Shown piece after piece: positions 22,988 through 40,279 of a stretch of DNA of 64,000 bases (the first letter of the stretch is position 1; each line of letters starts with the position of its first letter). The position numbers and the translations under genes were made by a program. The notes beneath the pieces were generated by a model. It was not told where the DNA came from. It was given only the letters and a program-made list of their open reading frames with translations, and did not search any database. Source of the DNA: the human T2T-CHM13v2.0 reference genome, Homo sapiens; NCBI RefSeq assembly GCF_009914755.1, contig NC_060930.1, one strand, 5' to 3'.

Positions 22988-24027
22988 TAGAAGGAAAGAG
23001 GGAAAGAAAGGGAAAAGACATGCCTCCGCCCTTTGGGGACATTTCCCAAAGGATGCACACACTATTTTCACTAACAACTCCATGGCCTCACCCAGCTGCA
23101 AGTACGACTGGGAAATGTAGTTAATTTTGGGTGCCCATGTTTCAAGCTAAAAATTCTTTTACTATTTTTAGAGCTGAGCCTGGCAGGGTGACCAGAAGTG
23201 AAAATGTGGCAAGTGTGTGTGAACAACGCAGGCTCAGGGTGAGTCTTGAAGTGGGGACTGCATGGCAAGGCAAGTCCAGCCAGGATGGATGAGATAATGT
23301 CAGAACTGAGTCTAACAAAGTATATTTTGCTTGTAGAATGTCATGTGAAATGTAAAGGAATCACCATTGTTAATATAAATTTTGGAGAAAAAAGTTATAT
23401 TCCAAAAGGTTTTAGAGCCCACTTCTAAAGGTTTCTGCCGTTTACAATTAAAACGTCCCTAATCCTGTACCCTTGGATAATTAAAAAAAAAAGTTTAATA
23501 TTTTATCAAGCAGGGAAAGGCAGCATTTTATATTTCAGTACTAGCAACAATAGAGAAAACAAATGAGAAAAAAATAGAGAAAACAAATGAGAGAAAAATC
23601 ATAGATGTTTTTCTTTTCTTTTCTGTTTTTTTTTGTTTTTTGTTTTTTTTGAGATGGAGTTTCCCTTTGTTGTCTAGGCTGGAGTGCAGCGGCACGATCT
23701 CGACTCACTGCAACCTCCGCCTCCTGGGTTCAAGTGATTCTTGTGCCTCAGCCTTTGAGTAGCTGGGATTATAGGCACGAGCCACCATGCCCAGCTAATT
23801 TTTGTGTTTTTAGTAGAGATGGGGTTTCACCATGTTGGCCAGGCTAGTCTCGAACTCCTGACCTCAGGTGATCTGCCTCCCTTGGCCTCCCAAAATGCTG
23901 GGATTACAGGCGTGTGTGACTACACCCGGGTATAGATGTTTTTCAGTGTTGTTTTTGGTGAACCATGTTTTACGTGGAAAGTTTATCATAGTGTTTTGTT
24001 TTAGAGGAAAATAAAACTATATGTGGC

Positions 24028-24222
24028 TGATAAAGGATTCAGCCCATGATCTGGAGGCAGGTAACTTAAGAATGTAAAGCCAAGACCACAAACCCAGAGA
24101 TATGAGTGAATTCGTGATTCATTTCTATTTGGTTTGTTTCCATTTCAAGCCATTTTTATATTTCTACAATGTCTATTTCCTAACTATATTACATACAGAT
24201 TTATGTAATTATATTATTTTTT
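24028..24222 (+). repeat. Probable donor copy of the 195-bp duplication
   Basis: Embedded in apparently unique sequence; matches 22013-22207. Confidence 0.95.
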
Positions 24223-25319
24223 ATTCTTTTTCTTTATACAATTCTTTTTGAAGAAATCTGAATTGCTAGAAGTTTAGGCAAACACATTTTTGCATAAGGA
24301 GGTAAATATAATCTTATAACAGCCATTGAAGCTTGATTGATGATACCTTTGACTAAAATATGCCAGTGTAAGGGTGTGGCATACTTAAAAATATTTAAGA
24401 GTGGGTGGAGAAATTGCCCCTAAGCCAAGACAGCTTAACCTTGATAGAAATAATTGACCTCAAGGGTGTGTTCGTTGTATTTTGTGGGGGCAGACAGGAT
24501 GTGAAAAATGAGCTTTTGTGTTCTGGATGAGCAGTGAAAGGGCAGTGGCTGAAGAGAGAGCTTTGAGGCAATGGTAGACTCTCCACGTAGCTGGCCAATC
24601 TTGCCCAAAGAGAGACTCCTGCAGGGGAAAGGTCCATGCCTGAAAGTCTGGCACTTAGTCAGGAGTTCCTTCCTGCAAAGAGGTGGATTGATGGGGAAGA
24701 GGGCATTTGGCCCAGTCCAGGGCTGCTACAACTGCTTAATTGTGCACTTAGTGATCCAGTGCTTTCTACCTCTCATTCCAATCTTCCCTTCTTGGGTGTC
24801 ATTTGTCTTCTGAGTTTCAAAGCACGGCGCCTGGGTTCTGGGCAGGACAAAAGTGGAAGAGCCAAAGACTGGTTCCCTTGAGGTGTTGTCTCCATTCAGG
24901 AAGAGAATGCTTTCTCTTCAGTCTTCATTTTACATCTCCTTATCCAGGATTACCATACATGGACACGTCTAGCTGGATTGAGCCTAGAAATTTGCCTATT
25001 TTTGCTTTCCAGACTCTGGCAAAGGAATACACAGCACAGGAAAGGAATGGATAGCTTTTCAGTGGCCCATCTGCAGTGCTCCCTCGTAAGACAAGTTGGT
25101 AGTTACATAGAAAGTGTCTGAAAACCAAAAGTCCATTTAAATCCATGGCTTTGTTCTATTCTCTCTCTTTTTTACCCCAGTGATATTGAGGTGAAATTGA
25201 CAAAATTTTATATATTTAAGGTATACAATGTGATATATGTGATGTTTGATATACATATACATTGTGGAATAATTACCACAGACAAGCTAATTATAATATC
25301 CATCACCTTACAGTTACCA

Positions 25320-25321
<2 letters not shown>

Positions 25322-25358
<37 letters not shown>
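25322..25358. repeat. (TG)n microsatellite
   Basis: Direct reading. Confidence 0.97.
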
Positions 25359-25363
<5 letters not shown>

Positions 25364-25420
25364 GTGAGACATTTAAGATCCACTCTTTAAGCATATTTCA
25401 AGAATACAATATGGTATTAT

Positions 25421-28002
<2,582 letters not shown>

Positions 28003-28209
28003 CTATTTATCTGTTGATGGGCATTTAGATTGATATCATAGCTTGGCTATTGTGAACAATGGTGCAATGAACATGGGAGTATGGATCTCTCTTTGATACT
28101 AATTTCAGTTGTTTTTGATATATATTGAGAAATGTGATTGCTGGATCATACAGTAGTTCTATTTTTAATTTTTTGAGGAGCCTCTGTATTGTTTTCTCTT
28201 TTCTTTTGT

Positions 28210-29198
<989 letters not shown>

Positions 29199-30582
29199 TG
29201 CTTTGTCCATTTCTTTATTGGGTTGTTTTCTTGTTATTGAGTAGTTTGAGTTCCTTATATATTCTGGATATAAGCCCCTTACTAACTAGATATATGGTTT
29301 GCAAATATTTTCTCCTATTCAATAGGTTGTCTGTTTACTCTGATGATTTTTTTTTCCAGAAGCTTTTTAGTTTGATGCAATCCCAGTTGTCTATTTTTGC
29401 TTTTGTTGCCTGTGCTTTTGGTGTTATATGCAAAAAAACATTGTCTAGATCAATGTTTGTGGATTTTGTATCATACAACATCAATGAATTTATTAGTTCT
29501 AACTTTTTTTTTGTATGGAATCCTTAGGGTTTAAAAAAATTAAACAATTTTTAAAAAATTTTATTTCAATAGTTTTTGGGGTACAGGCGGTTTTTGGTCA
29601 CATGAATAAGTTCTTTAGTGGTGATAATTCTGAGATTTTGTCATACAAGCAGTGCACACACTGTATCCAATATGTAGTCTTTTATCCCTTACCCTCTGTT
29701 GTCCATCCCCTCAAGTCCCCAAAGTCCATTATATCATTCTTATCCCTTTGCATCCTCATAGCTTAGCTTTCACTTATAAGTGAAAACATACAGTATTTGG
29801 TTTTCCATTCCTGAGTTACATCAGGTTTCTGAAAATATATAAGATCATGTCATCTTTGCAAACAGAGACAATTTTACTATTTCCTTTCTGATTTGGATGT
29901 CTTTGTATTTCTTTTTCTTTGCTAATTGCTCTGGCTAGGACTTGTAGTACTATATGGAGTGAAGGTGATGAGAGTATGCATTCTTGTCTTATTCCTGATC
30001 TTAAAGGATAAGCTTTCAGCTTTTGACCATTTTGCATGATATTAGCTGTGGGCTTTTCTCTCTCTGTGCTATGCTGTGCTGAGTAGGCTTGGGAAAGGGG
30101 TAACTTGAGTAATGTGAAACTGTCTTTCCTACCTTCTTCAATGTGTCTTTTATTGTTTCTGTGCTCCAACTAGGTGCTGTAATCTCTCACCTGGAGTCCT
30201 CAGCACTGGTGAAGGTACTCTTGTGTGTGGATGGCTGTTCAAATTGATGTGTCTCTGAGGGGATGAGCCCTGGAAACTCCTATTCCAGCATCTTGTTGAT
30301 GTCCTCTCTATTTTTCCTTGAAATTTATTTGTTGAAGGAATTGGATTATTTGTTTGATAGTGTTTTGCACAGTCTGAATTTTGCTAATACATCTGTGTGA
30401 TGTTTAATACGTTCCTTCACATTTCCTTGCAAATTGGCATTTAAATCTAGAAATTTAATCAGATTCAGTTTAGAATTTTTGGCAAGACCACTTCTTAGGT
30501 GGTGCTTTGTTCTACTGGGCGGCATATAGTATCTGAATATCTCCCTTTGTGATATTAGCAGCCATTTATGATCACTGCTGAG

Positions 30583-31097
<515 letters not shown>

Positions 31098-31334
31098 GAT
31101 CTATTAATTCACAAAGAGTAGTGATATGGTGCTATTCTAACATTACTTTTACATTTATTAGTTGGAAAACTATAGAGAGAAATCCCTCATATCTACTATT
31201 TGGTTACCCAGTGATCAGTTCACGTAGGAAAGGCAGGATAAAGGTTAATTCTTTACCTTTAATGAGTTCATATTGCAGCATCCTCCAAAAGTGAATAACT
31301 AAAAAAAACCATGCATGATTTTAGACATTGGATA

Positions 31335-31510
31335 CTCCTTCCTCCCTTCAGTCTTTCTTTCCTTCCTCTTTCTTTCTCTTTCTCCTCTCTCTCTTTCCTT
31401 CCTTCTTTCACATGCATGCTCTCTCTCTTCCCTTCTTCCTTTCCCCCTCCCCTTCCCTACCCTCCCCTCCCCTCTCCTTCCCTCTCCTCCCCTTCTTTCC
31501 TTCCTTCCTT
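31335..31510. repeat. CT-rich low-complexity tract ((CCCT)/(CCTT)/(CT))
   Basis: Direct reading. Confidence 0.92.
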
Positions 31511-32234
31511 GATAGGCTAATTGTCCTTCATGGAAACATTGTCTTGATGAACAGAACACAGCTTTTGGCAAATTTTGCTAACTGTCTGTGGTAGATTGAA
31601 TTATTTGTCCCAATTTTCTCCCATCCATATCCTTTCCCACATAATTAAGTTTGCAGTTCCTCTAACCAAAAGGTGGAGTATTCTACCCATCCTTGACTTG
31701 GTCCTTGACCATGAAACTTGCTCTGGGCAACAGGATCTTCACAGATGTCAAGTAAACAGGGACCTAAAATGTGCTTGAGCAGTGGGGCTTGTTCTCTTGT
31801 GCTTCTACCATGACCGCAAGAAGGACGTGCTTTTCCCAGACTACTGTTCCAAGGAAAAGGAGAAACACAAAGTGGGAACTGCCTCAGCTGGCCTGCAAAC
31901 TTGGGATCTGAAGCAAAAGTTTATTGTTGGTGTGATTTTGAGGTTGTTTCTTTGCTTATTAATAGATTAATAAGTTTACAAATTGTCCCATTAGGTGAGA
32001 AACTCCCAACTGGCATTGGCAGATGTCATCTCAGATTAATGTATCTTCCCCAGATAGTACTTTGCTGTTCAAAATATAGTAATTAAAATCATGCACTAGA
32101 AGAACACTAGAAACTTTGTAAGAACTCAAATTAATTGTGATTTCTTTTTGTCTGGTAGATTTTTTTTGGAAAACATACCTTTGCTTTTACTGTGATATTT
32201 ATGATAATATATTAGTATTTTAATTTCTAATTGG

Positions 32235-33567
32235 CTGTTGTGCAATAAAAAATACACATATTGGTCTCTGCCCCCCAGTCCCTGGCACAGAGTTCTTAAA
32301 ACTCTTGTAGTTTCCTGAGCAATAGGAGTGCTAGGAGAATCTTTCATTCTAATGTTTGGTTTCTGCTCTGGTTCTTGAAACAGAGTTCTTAATACTCTGT
32401 TAGATAGGGGTGCTAGGAGAATCTTTTGTTCTAATATTTGGTCTCTGCTCTGGTTCCTGACACAGAGCTCCAAAGACATTTGTAATTTCCTAAGTGTTAG
32501 CATCTGACACAGAGCTCCTAAATCCCTTGGAATTTTCTGTGCGATGAGAGAGTCTTTTGTACTAATGAGGTAACTCTTGGTAGGCTGCTGGATAGAGGCT
32601 GGTCACCAGAAAGACCAAGCTATGATTAGAAGCCTGGAACTTCTAGTGCACCCTCATCCTCTGGAGAGGGGAGAAGGGCTGGAAATGGCATTAATAATTA
32701 TTTCTACTTGATGAAGCTTCCATAAAAATTCCTGGATTATAGGGTTCTGAGAGTTTTTCTTTGTTTTTTTTTTTTTTTTTTTTTTTTTTGAGACAGGGTC
32801 TCCTTCTGTCACTCAGGCTGGAGTGCAGCGGTGTAATCAAGCTCACTGCAGCCTCAATCTCCCAGACTCAAGTGATCTTCCTACCTCAGCTTCCTAAGTA
32901 GCTGGGACTACAGCCACGCACCACCACATCTGGCTAATTTTTTTGATTTTTAGTAGAGACAAGGTTTTGCTATGTTGCCCAGGCTGGTCTCGAACTCCTG
33001 AGCTCAAGCAGTACTCCTGCCTTGGCCTCCCAAAGTGCTGGGATTACAGGCATGAGCCACCAAGCCCAGCTGCTTCTGTTAATTAATTAATTAGTTTATA
33101 AATTATTCCATTGGGCGACATCTTTCAACTTCCAAACTAGAATTGGCAGAGGTCATTTATTATACCCTTTATTAATAAACTGGGAAACATAGTTTCCCTG
33201 AGTTCTGTGAGCTGCTCTAGCAAATTAACCAAACCCAAGGATGGGATTGTGGGAACCCCAATTTATAGCTGTTGGATCAGAAGCACAGGTCACAACCTGA
33301 GTTTGTGATTGGCATCTAAGGTTGGGGGCAGTCTTATGGGAAGGAACCCTCAACCTAGGGGATCTGCTGCTATTTCCAGGTAGTTTGTGTTGGGATTGAA
33401 TTGACTTAGAGGATGCTCAGCTGAGTCTGCTGTAGAATCTGCCAGAGAATTGATTGCTTGGTCAGCATGGGAGAAGCTCTTCTATGCATTTTGGTGGCCA
33501 GTGTGTTATATTGAGTGTATAAAAGTGGGAAAACCACTTTGGTTCAGTTTTTCTTATATCCTTACAC
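32235..33567 (+). mobile_element. MER21-like LTR with internal ~95-bp repeats, interrupted by Alu (32755-33072)
   Basis: Repeated ggtctctg...cctgacacagag...cctaa...ggtgctaggagaatctt units at 32260-32520; gtttccctgagttctgtgagctgctctagcaaatta. Confidence 0.7.
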
Positions 33568-34397
33568 TACTTTATAGTCTTAATATGCTTATGACATATT
33601 TCTTGATCCAAGAAAACTGTAGACACATTTTTTTTTTTTACTTTATAAGGCTCTTAGTGTCTCAGTCAATGCTTTAATTCTTCATCCCTCTTTGACTTTG
33701 TAAGTTTTTGTCATCTGTGCTCTTTTCAAGTATTAACACCATTTACATTGTTTTGTAAACATTGTGTATTTCACATATTTCATCAAATCTAAGATACACC
33801 ACTTACTTTAATACCAAGAAAGAAAATTTATTGTCAATTATTATTATGATACCATTGATTATAAGATCAGAAATGTTACAAATGTGAAAAACATATATTT
33901 TAGAAATGGTGAAACAGTGTAATTAAATCTTCTTTGTCAATTCTTTTATTCTGTTATAAATCAGTAAACCATACTTACATCAACACAACTAATTATTTTT
34001 CACTGCAAAGCCAACTAATGAATCATGATATATTCTTTTTTATTCAGTGTTTGCTTTTCCCTTGAATTTCTAAATTCCCTTCCTTTTTACTGCACTATTT
34101 TACTTTATCATAGTCTCAGTTTTCTTGTATTTCATTATGTACATCTATTCGATTAAGATCCCTTTTATTTCCCTTAAGAGCTTACTCCTGGAATTTTTCC
34201 TATTAGAAGTTCTCTCTTCATTTTTTTCTGGGGTTATATATACATTTCCCTTTTTCTTGGCTTATTTCACTTCGTTGCTAAATATGTCTTCCTAAAGTAA
34301 CTTCCTAAAATGAATTTGTGAAAGGCGAAGTTTCTGAGCCATTCCATTTCTGAAAATGTTTTTATTCCTTTTGTTTGTTTTATTATGCAGGTGATAA

Positions 34398-34701
<304 letters not shown>

Positions 34702-35799
34702 GCAGCTGATGAACATTTTATTTAAAAAAGGTTTGTAAAACATGAGGAAATGCTTATGATGGAATAATTAAATGGGAAAAGTAGGACACAAAGCACAAAG
34801 TTGTATTATATTTATAACATAATTACTCTTTAAAAAAGATACCAGCAAATTATGTGGAGAAAGAAAGAGAGGAAGGAAACACAACAAAATGAAATAATGC
34901 TTGTCTCTGGGTAGTGGTAAGACTGTAGCAGATTTTTTTTTCTCATCATCTTTCTACATTTTGTGTACTGAGCAGCTACTCTACCTGACCTCTCACCCCT
35001 TCTCCAGGGGAATAGATAGGGTCACCTTCATGTTTCTGCCGTGTTCCTCCCCTCTTCCCTTTCAGCCACCCACCTGCTCTCTGCTTTCCTGCTCTTCTCC
35101 CCGGCCACCAGAACCCACAGGCAATTAACACTTTCTGGACAAAGAAGGAGCCAAGGTTTTCCCCATCATTTTTCTAAAGGCAAAAGTGCATGGCTAGGGA
35201 GGGAGACTAGAAAGGCAACTAACTGCTCCCTGCCAGTCCTGGTCTCACCCCTTCCAATGTCCATCTGATTGGGGCCTGGACTCAGGTGGCCCCAGGAAAG
35301 CCTCCAGCTGGTGTTATGGACAGAGCAGACTATAAAGGGGAGGTGGGGTACCCCATACACCTGTATTTTTTACTTTCTGAAGCTTGGTTTAGAGTGCTAG
35401 GCAGTTGGGAACACTTGTCCATACTGTTACTAATGTGCCAGTTCACTTTGTGGGTTCAGGGCCACAGTCAGGCCTGTAGCTCCTTTAGTTCTCAGAGGCT
35501 CTCTTCCTTCAGTTTTTCTGAATTGTGGGCCAAATGTACATGAAGCTCTGGACAAAGGACACCAGCTTCTCCTGCAGGTTACTCATGACATGGAAGTTGG
35601 AGGTGGTAAGATGGACATGGGTTCCACTTCTCAATCAGTTTTTCTTTATTCTTACCCACATTTAGCTTTTCTCCCCTGGCTGACTCATAGTTATGTTATG
35701 CTGCACACCACACACAGGGGCAATGGTTTGCACAAACTGCCCTACCAGCTCCCATGATTGCTTAGGGTCTGTCTCACTCATAGTGGTTCTGCCTTTCTC

Positions 35800-36221
35800 A
35801 TTGAATTACTCTGTTCTTGCATTGCTATAAAGTAACACCTGAGACTAGGTAACTTATAAAGAAAAGAAGTTTAATTGGCTCACAGTTCCACAGGCTATAT
35901 AGGAAGCATGTCAGCATCTGCTTCTAGGGAGGCCTCAGGGAGCTTTTACTCATGGTCTCAACTTTAACATTGCCAAAGTATGGCAGAAGGGGCTGATGTA
36001 TGGGCTCGTGGTATCTTACATGGCAGGAGAAGGACCAAAAGAGGTGGGGGGAGGTGCCACATACTTTTAAACAACCAGATCTCATGAAGATTCACTATCG
36101 CAAGAACAGCACCACGGGGGAAATCTGCCCCCATGATTCAATCACCTCCTACCAGGCCCCACCTCCGATATTGGGGATTTGACATAAGATCTGGGCAGGG
36201 ACACAGATCCAAACCATATCA
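35800..36221 (-). mobile_element. MST-family (MSTA/B-like) solo LTR
   Basis: ttgcattgctataaag...cacagatccaaaccatatca. Confidence 0.8.
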
Positions 36222-36617
36222 ACACCTTAAAGACAGCTCAGGAGGGACACAGGAACAGTGTGGGGTTCTTATCCAAGAGACCATTAGGTTTTCATGCAAT
36301 AAGCATAGATGATATTTTTGGTATCAAAATTCAGAAGTTTTATGCAAAAGAGCTTCTAAGATGCCCCCTCAAAAACTATTTACTAAAATAATATTATTAT
36401 TGTTTTCTTCTTAAAGGAGATATAATATATATTTATTGTAGGAAACTTGGCATATCCAGGTAATCACCAGGATACTGATAATAGCATTTTGGTGAATATC
36501 CTTCAAGTCTTTCTTCAGTGCATAGATCTGTAATGTCTATGTACACATAAATACACTTTATTTTTTATAAAAATAAAATGAAATTTAAATTCTGTTTTAT
36601 AAAACAGACTTCCCCTC

Positions 36618-36980
36618 TGATATGGTTTGGCTGTGTCCCCACCCAAATCTCATCTTGAATTGCAGCTCTCATAATTCCCACATGTCACGGGAGGGACCCA
36701 GTGGGATGTAATTCAATTTTGGGGGTGGGTCTTTCCCATGCTTTTCTTGTGATAGTGAATAAATTTCACGAAATATGATGGTTTTATAAAGGGGAGTTCC
36801 CCTACATATGCTCTCTTGCCTGCCACCATGTAAGACTTGACTTTGCTCCACATTCGCCTTCCACCATAATTGTGAGGCCTCCCAGCCATGTGGAACTGTG
36901 AATCAATTAAATCTCTTTCCTTTATAAATTACCCAGTCTCAGGTATGTCTTTATTAGCAGGGTGAGAACAGACTAATATA
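36618..36980 (+). mobile_element. THE1B-like solo LTR
   Basis: tgatatggtttggctgtgtcccc ... cagactaatata with perfect 5-bp TSD ccctc (36613-36617, 36981-36985). Confidence 0.92.
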
Positions 36981-37097
36981 CCCTCCTTAATAACATATGA
37001 ATATTTGTCTCTAGATGGTTAAACAAGCTCCAATTAAACAAATAGTTTTTAATTATTTCAGTATTCCATTGCATGGATATACTGTAATTTATTTAAT

Positions 37098-37521
37098 CCT
37101 GTTTTTGTCTGTTTTGTGTTGCTATAAGGTAGTACCCAAGGCTGGGTAATTTATTAAAAAAAAAAAGTTTACTTGGCTTACAATTCTGCAGGCTGTTCAA
37201 GAAGCATGACATTGGCATTTGCTTGGCTTCTGGTGAGGTCCTCAGGCTGCTTCCACTCATGTGGAAGGGGAAGGGGAGCTAGTGTGCAGAGATCCCATGG
37301 TGAGAGAGGAAACAAGAGAAGCAGGAGGTGCCAGGCTCTTTTTAACAACCAATTCTTGTGGGAACTGAGTACTCACTCACCCCCCGACCCCCAGGGAGGA
37401 CATTCATCTATTCATGAGGATCCACCCACAGAACCCAAACATCTCACATTGTGCTCTACCTCCAACACTGGGGATCAAATTTCAGCATCAGCTTTGGGCG
37501 ACAAACATCCAAATGACAGCA
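37098..37521 (-). mobile_element. MSTC/D-like MaLR solo LTR
   Basis: tctgttttgtgttgctataagg...acaaacatccaaatgacagca. Confidence 0.7.
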
Positions 37522-37560
37522 AACCCAATATCTTATTGTTACATGTTCAGACCATTTTCA

Positions 37561-38191
37561 GTTTTTCTTTTGAGACAGAGTCTTGCTCTGTCACCCAGAC
37601 TGGAGTGCAGTGGCACCATCTTGGCTCACTGCAGCCTCCACCTCCTGGGTTCAAGTGATTGTCATGCCACAGCCTCCTGAGTAGCTTTTATTACAGGTAT
37701 GTGCCACCATGCTGGGCTAATTTTTGTATTTTTAGTAGAGACAGGGTTTCACCATTTTGGCCAGGCTGGTCTTGAACTCCTGCCCTCAAGTGATTTGCCT
37801 TCCTCAGCCTCCCAAAATGTTGGGATTACAGGCATAAGCCACCATGCCCGGCCCATTTTCAGTGTTTCTTTTTTCTTTTCTTTCTTTTCTTTTCTTTTTT
37901 TTTTTGAGACGGAGTTTTGCTCTTGTTGCCCAGGCTGGAGAGCAATTCTGCGATCTCGGCTCACTGCAACCTCCAACGCCCAGGTTCAAGCAATTCTCTT
38001 GCCTCAGTCTCCTGAGTAGCTCGGATTACAGGCATGTGCCACCATCCACACTTGGCTAATTTTGTATTTTTAGTAGAGATGGGGTTTCACAATGTTGGTC
38101 AGGTTGGTCTCGAACTCGTGACCTTAGGTGATCCACCCGCCTCGGTCTCCCAAATTACTGGGATTACAGGTGTGAACCACCACGCCTGGCC
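37561..38191 (-). mobile_element. Two tandem antisense Alus (37561-37853, 37866-38191)
   Basis: Shared target motif cattttcagt at ~37553, 37854 and 38193. Confidence 0.93.
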
Positions 38192-39682
38192 TCATTTTCA
38201 GTTTTTCTTAATAAAAAATCCCACTTCTGAGATGAACATTTTTCATTAATCCTTTTAACACATTTTTATTGAATAGCTACTCTGTGCCAGGCATGTAATA
38301 GCCTCATCTCTATGCAAATCCATATGCCTAAATTTTTGCATGACTACGCCTTTCGACAAGTGTGTATTGTGGGAAGGAGGGCATAAACAGGAAGGTGGCA
38401 TCACTTTAAAATCCACACAGATTTATACAATGTGGTTCTAAGACTTTCTGTAAGTCTTCTCGGGAGGCAACATTATCATCTAATCTTTTGCAGTCCCTCT
38501 TATGTTTGCCTACCTCTAGAATGAACCTGAATTTATTAATCCACCTTTATGAAGTGAAAGATTGAGAAGAATTTTCTGTGTTCTTAATTGCCTTTGCTCA
38601 TCAAATTGCCCCCAAATTGCCCCCACTTGTAGAGTCTCCATGGCCTACTGTCTGCTAAAGTAAAGCAGAATCCCAGTCCTCGTTCCAGACCTGCCAAGTC
38701 AGAGTCTGTTTTCATGTGATTCTCACACACATTGGCATGTGAGAAGCACTGAGTTAGACCTTGGTGCTTGGCCCACCCTTGACCATGGTCCTCCTCTCTG
38801 AACAACGGAGGTGAGGAGACCAGTAGTAACAGCTGTGTCAGGAACAGGTCAGCACCCAGGGATCCACACAGACACTTTTGACCATTCCTAAGTCCTGCCT
38901 GCACAGGAAGTTGGCCACTAAAGATAGGCTGCCTGAAGGAAAGGACATAAGGACCTTTGCAAGCTGTTCAGCAGGGAGAAAAAGGGTGGAACAGGAAAGG
39001 GAGGAAAGCAAGTTTCTGGATTCCCCAAACCACAGTTTGTCTAGGTGCTACTTTCTCACTTTTCCTTATTTAGCACATAGTTTGTCATGAGACATCTTTT
39101 TGCTGACCTCTTTTCCGTTTGCATTTTGCCCCATATTAGAATGCTACCATCTAAAACCGCTCCATGAATTAGAAAGTTTAAGTTGTCAGGGACTGAATGT
39201 GTCTGTTTTCCAACAGTTTCTGGCAGTTCCCTGCTTTTATGGTGTAGTCATGGTGAAACCTGAGTCATCTGAAGATGGTGGCAGTGCCAGAGAGCAGGAG
39301 AGAGGAGCTGCAAAGAAGCCAGACAGCGTTGGGCATCAATAACTCCTGGGCACCACCGGCCACTGGCCTTCATTCTGACAGGAGAGCCAACCCAACCCTA
39401 ACTGTGTTCAGAGATTGCTCCAAGCTTTACAGTTCTACCAAATTCTTTCTGTAGCAAAAATATAAAGGCATCTTCTTAGGTAATTTTTTTTCAGGGTTCC
39501 AAGTAGCAACACCTAACGTCTGCAGTGCGAGTTCTCTTCTTCTTTTTTTTTTTAAGGTGATAAATCATAACATTTTCCTGGAAAGGAAAGCAGTAGACCT
39601 CATTTTTTGTTTTAAGGAAAAATAGTTTTTCTGTTTCCATTCATATACATTAAATAACTACCCAGGAAATACGCCCCGGTTT

Positions 39683-39725
39683 TGCGCGCGTGTGCGTGCG
39701 TGTGTGTGTGCGTGTGTGTGTGTGC
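39683..39725. repeat. Mixed (CG)/(TG) alternating purine-pyrimidine repeat
   Basis: tgcgcgcgtgtgcgtgcgtgtgtgtgtgcgtgtgtgtgtgtgc. Confidence 0.95.
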
Positions 39726-40205
39726 CGTTTCTCTAAAATTCTGACTCATAGTCTGGAGGACAATGATTGACTTTTTTCCACTTCACATAGTTGCCTCACA
39801 AGGATGGGCCTGTTTACTCACCCTGGGCATCGTTGGTAGAGCGCTAGTGTAAACAGCCTGAGGAACCCGGTGGGCCGGGGAAGTGGGCGCGCTCTGTTCT
39901 CCGCGGCCAGCTGGGACGCCGGGCCAGGTGGGGCCGCCTGCGTTTAGCAACTGCTTTCTCACCCCCTGGATTTGCGATGTTTGCCACAGCAGCGAGAAGC
40001 GCCATTGTAATGGGGATGGGAGGGGTGGAGCCTCCAAGTCCTGTCTCAATTTAGATCTCTCACTCTGCTGTTAGGCGCGCCCATTTCAGATTACTAAACT
40101 CGAATTAAGAGGGAAAAAAAATCAGGGAGGAGGTGGCAAGCCACACCCCACGGTGCCCGCGAACTTCCCCGGCAGCGGACTGTAGCCCAGGCAGACGCCG
40201 TCGAG

Positions 40206-40279
40206 ATGCAGGGCCCACCGCTCCTGACCGCCGCCCACCTCCTCTGCGTGTGCACCGCCGCGCTGGCCGTGGCTCCCGG
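40206..40279 (+). CDS. CD109: CD109 coding exon 1 (signal peptide MQGPPLLTAAHLLCVCTAALAVAP + first 2 nt of Gly25)
   Basis: ATG at 40206 (gagATGc) inside a CpG island; translation matches the CD109 N-terminus as I recall it; 74 coding nt end at donor CGG|gtagga (intron starts 40280), phase 2. Confidence 0.97.

Noticed and set aside
32260-32530. ~95-bp imperfect tandem repeats
   Set aside because: Consistent with the internal repeat structure of a MER21-type LTR.
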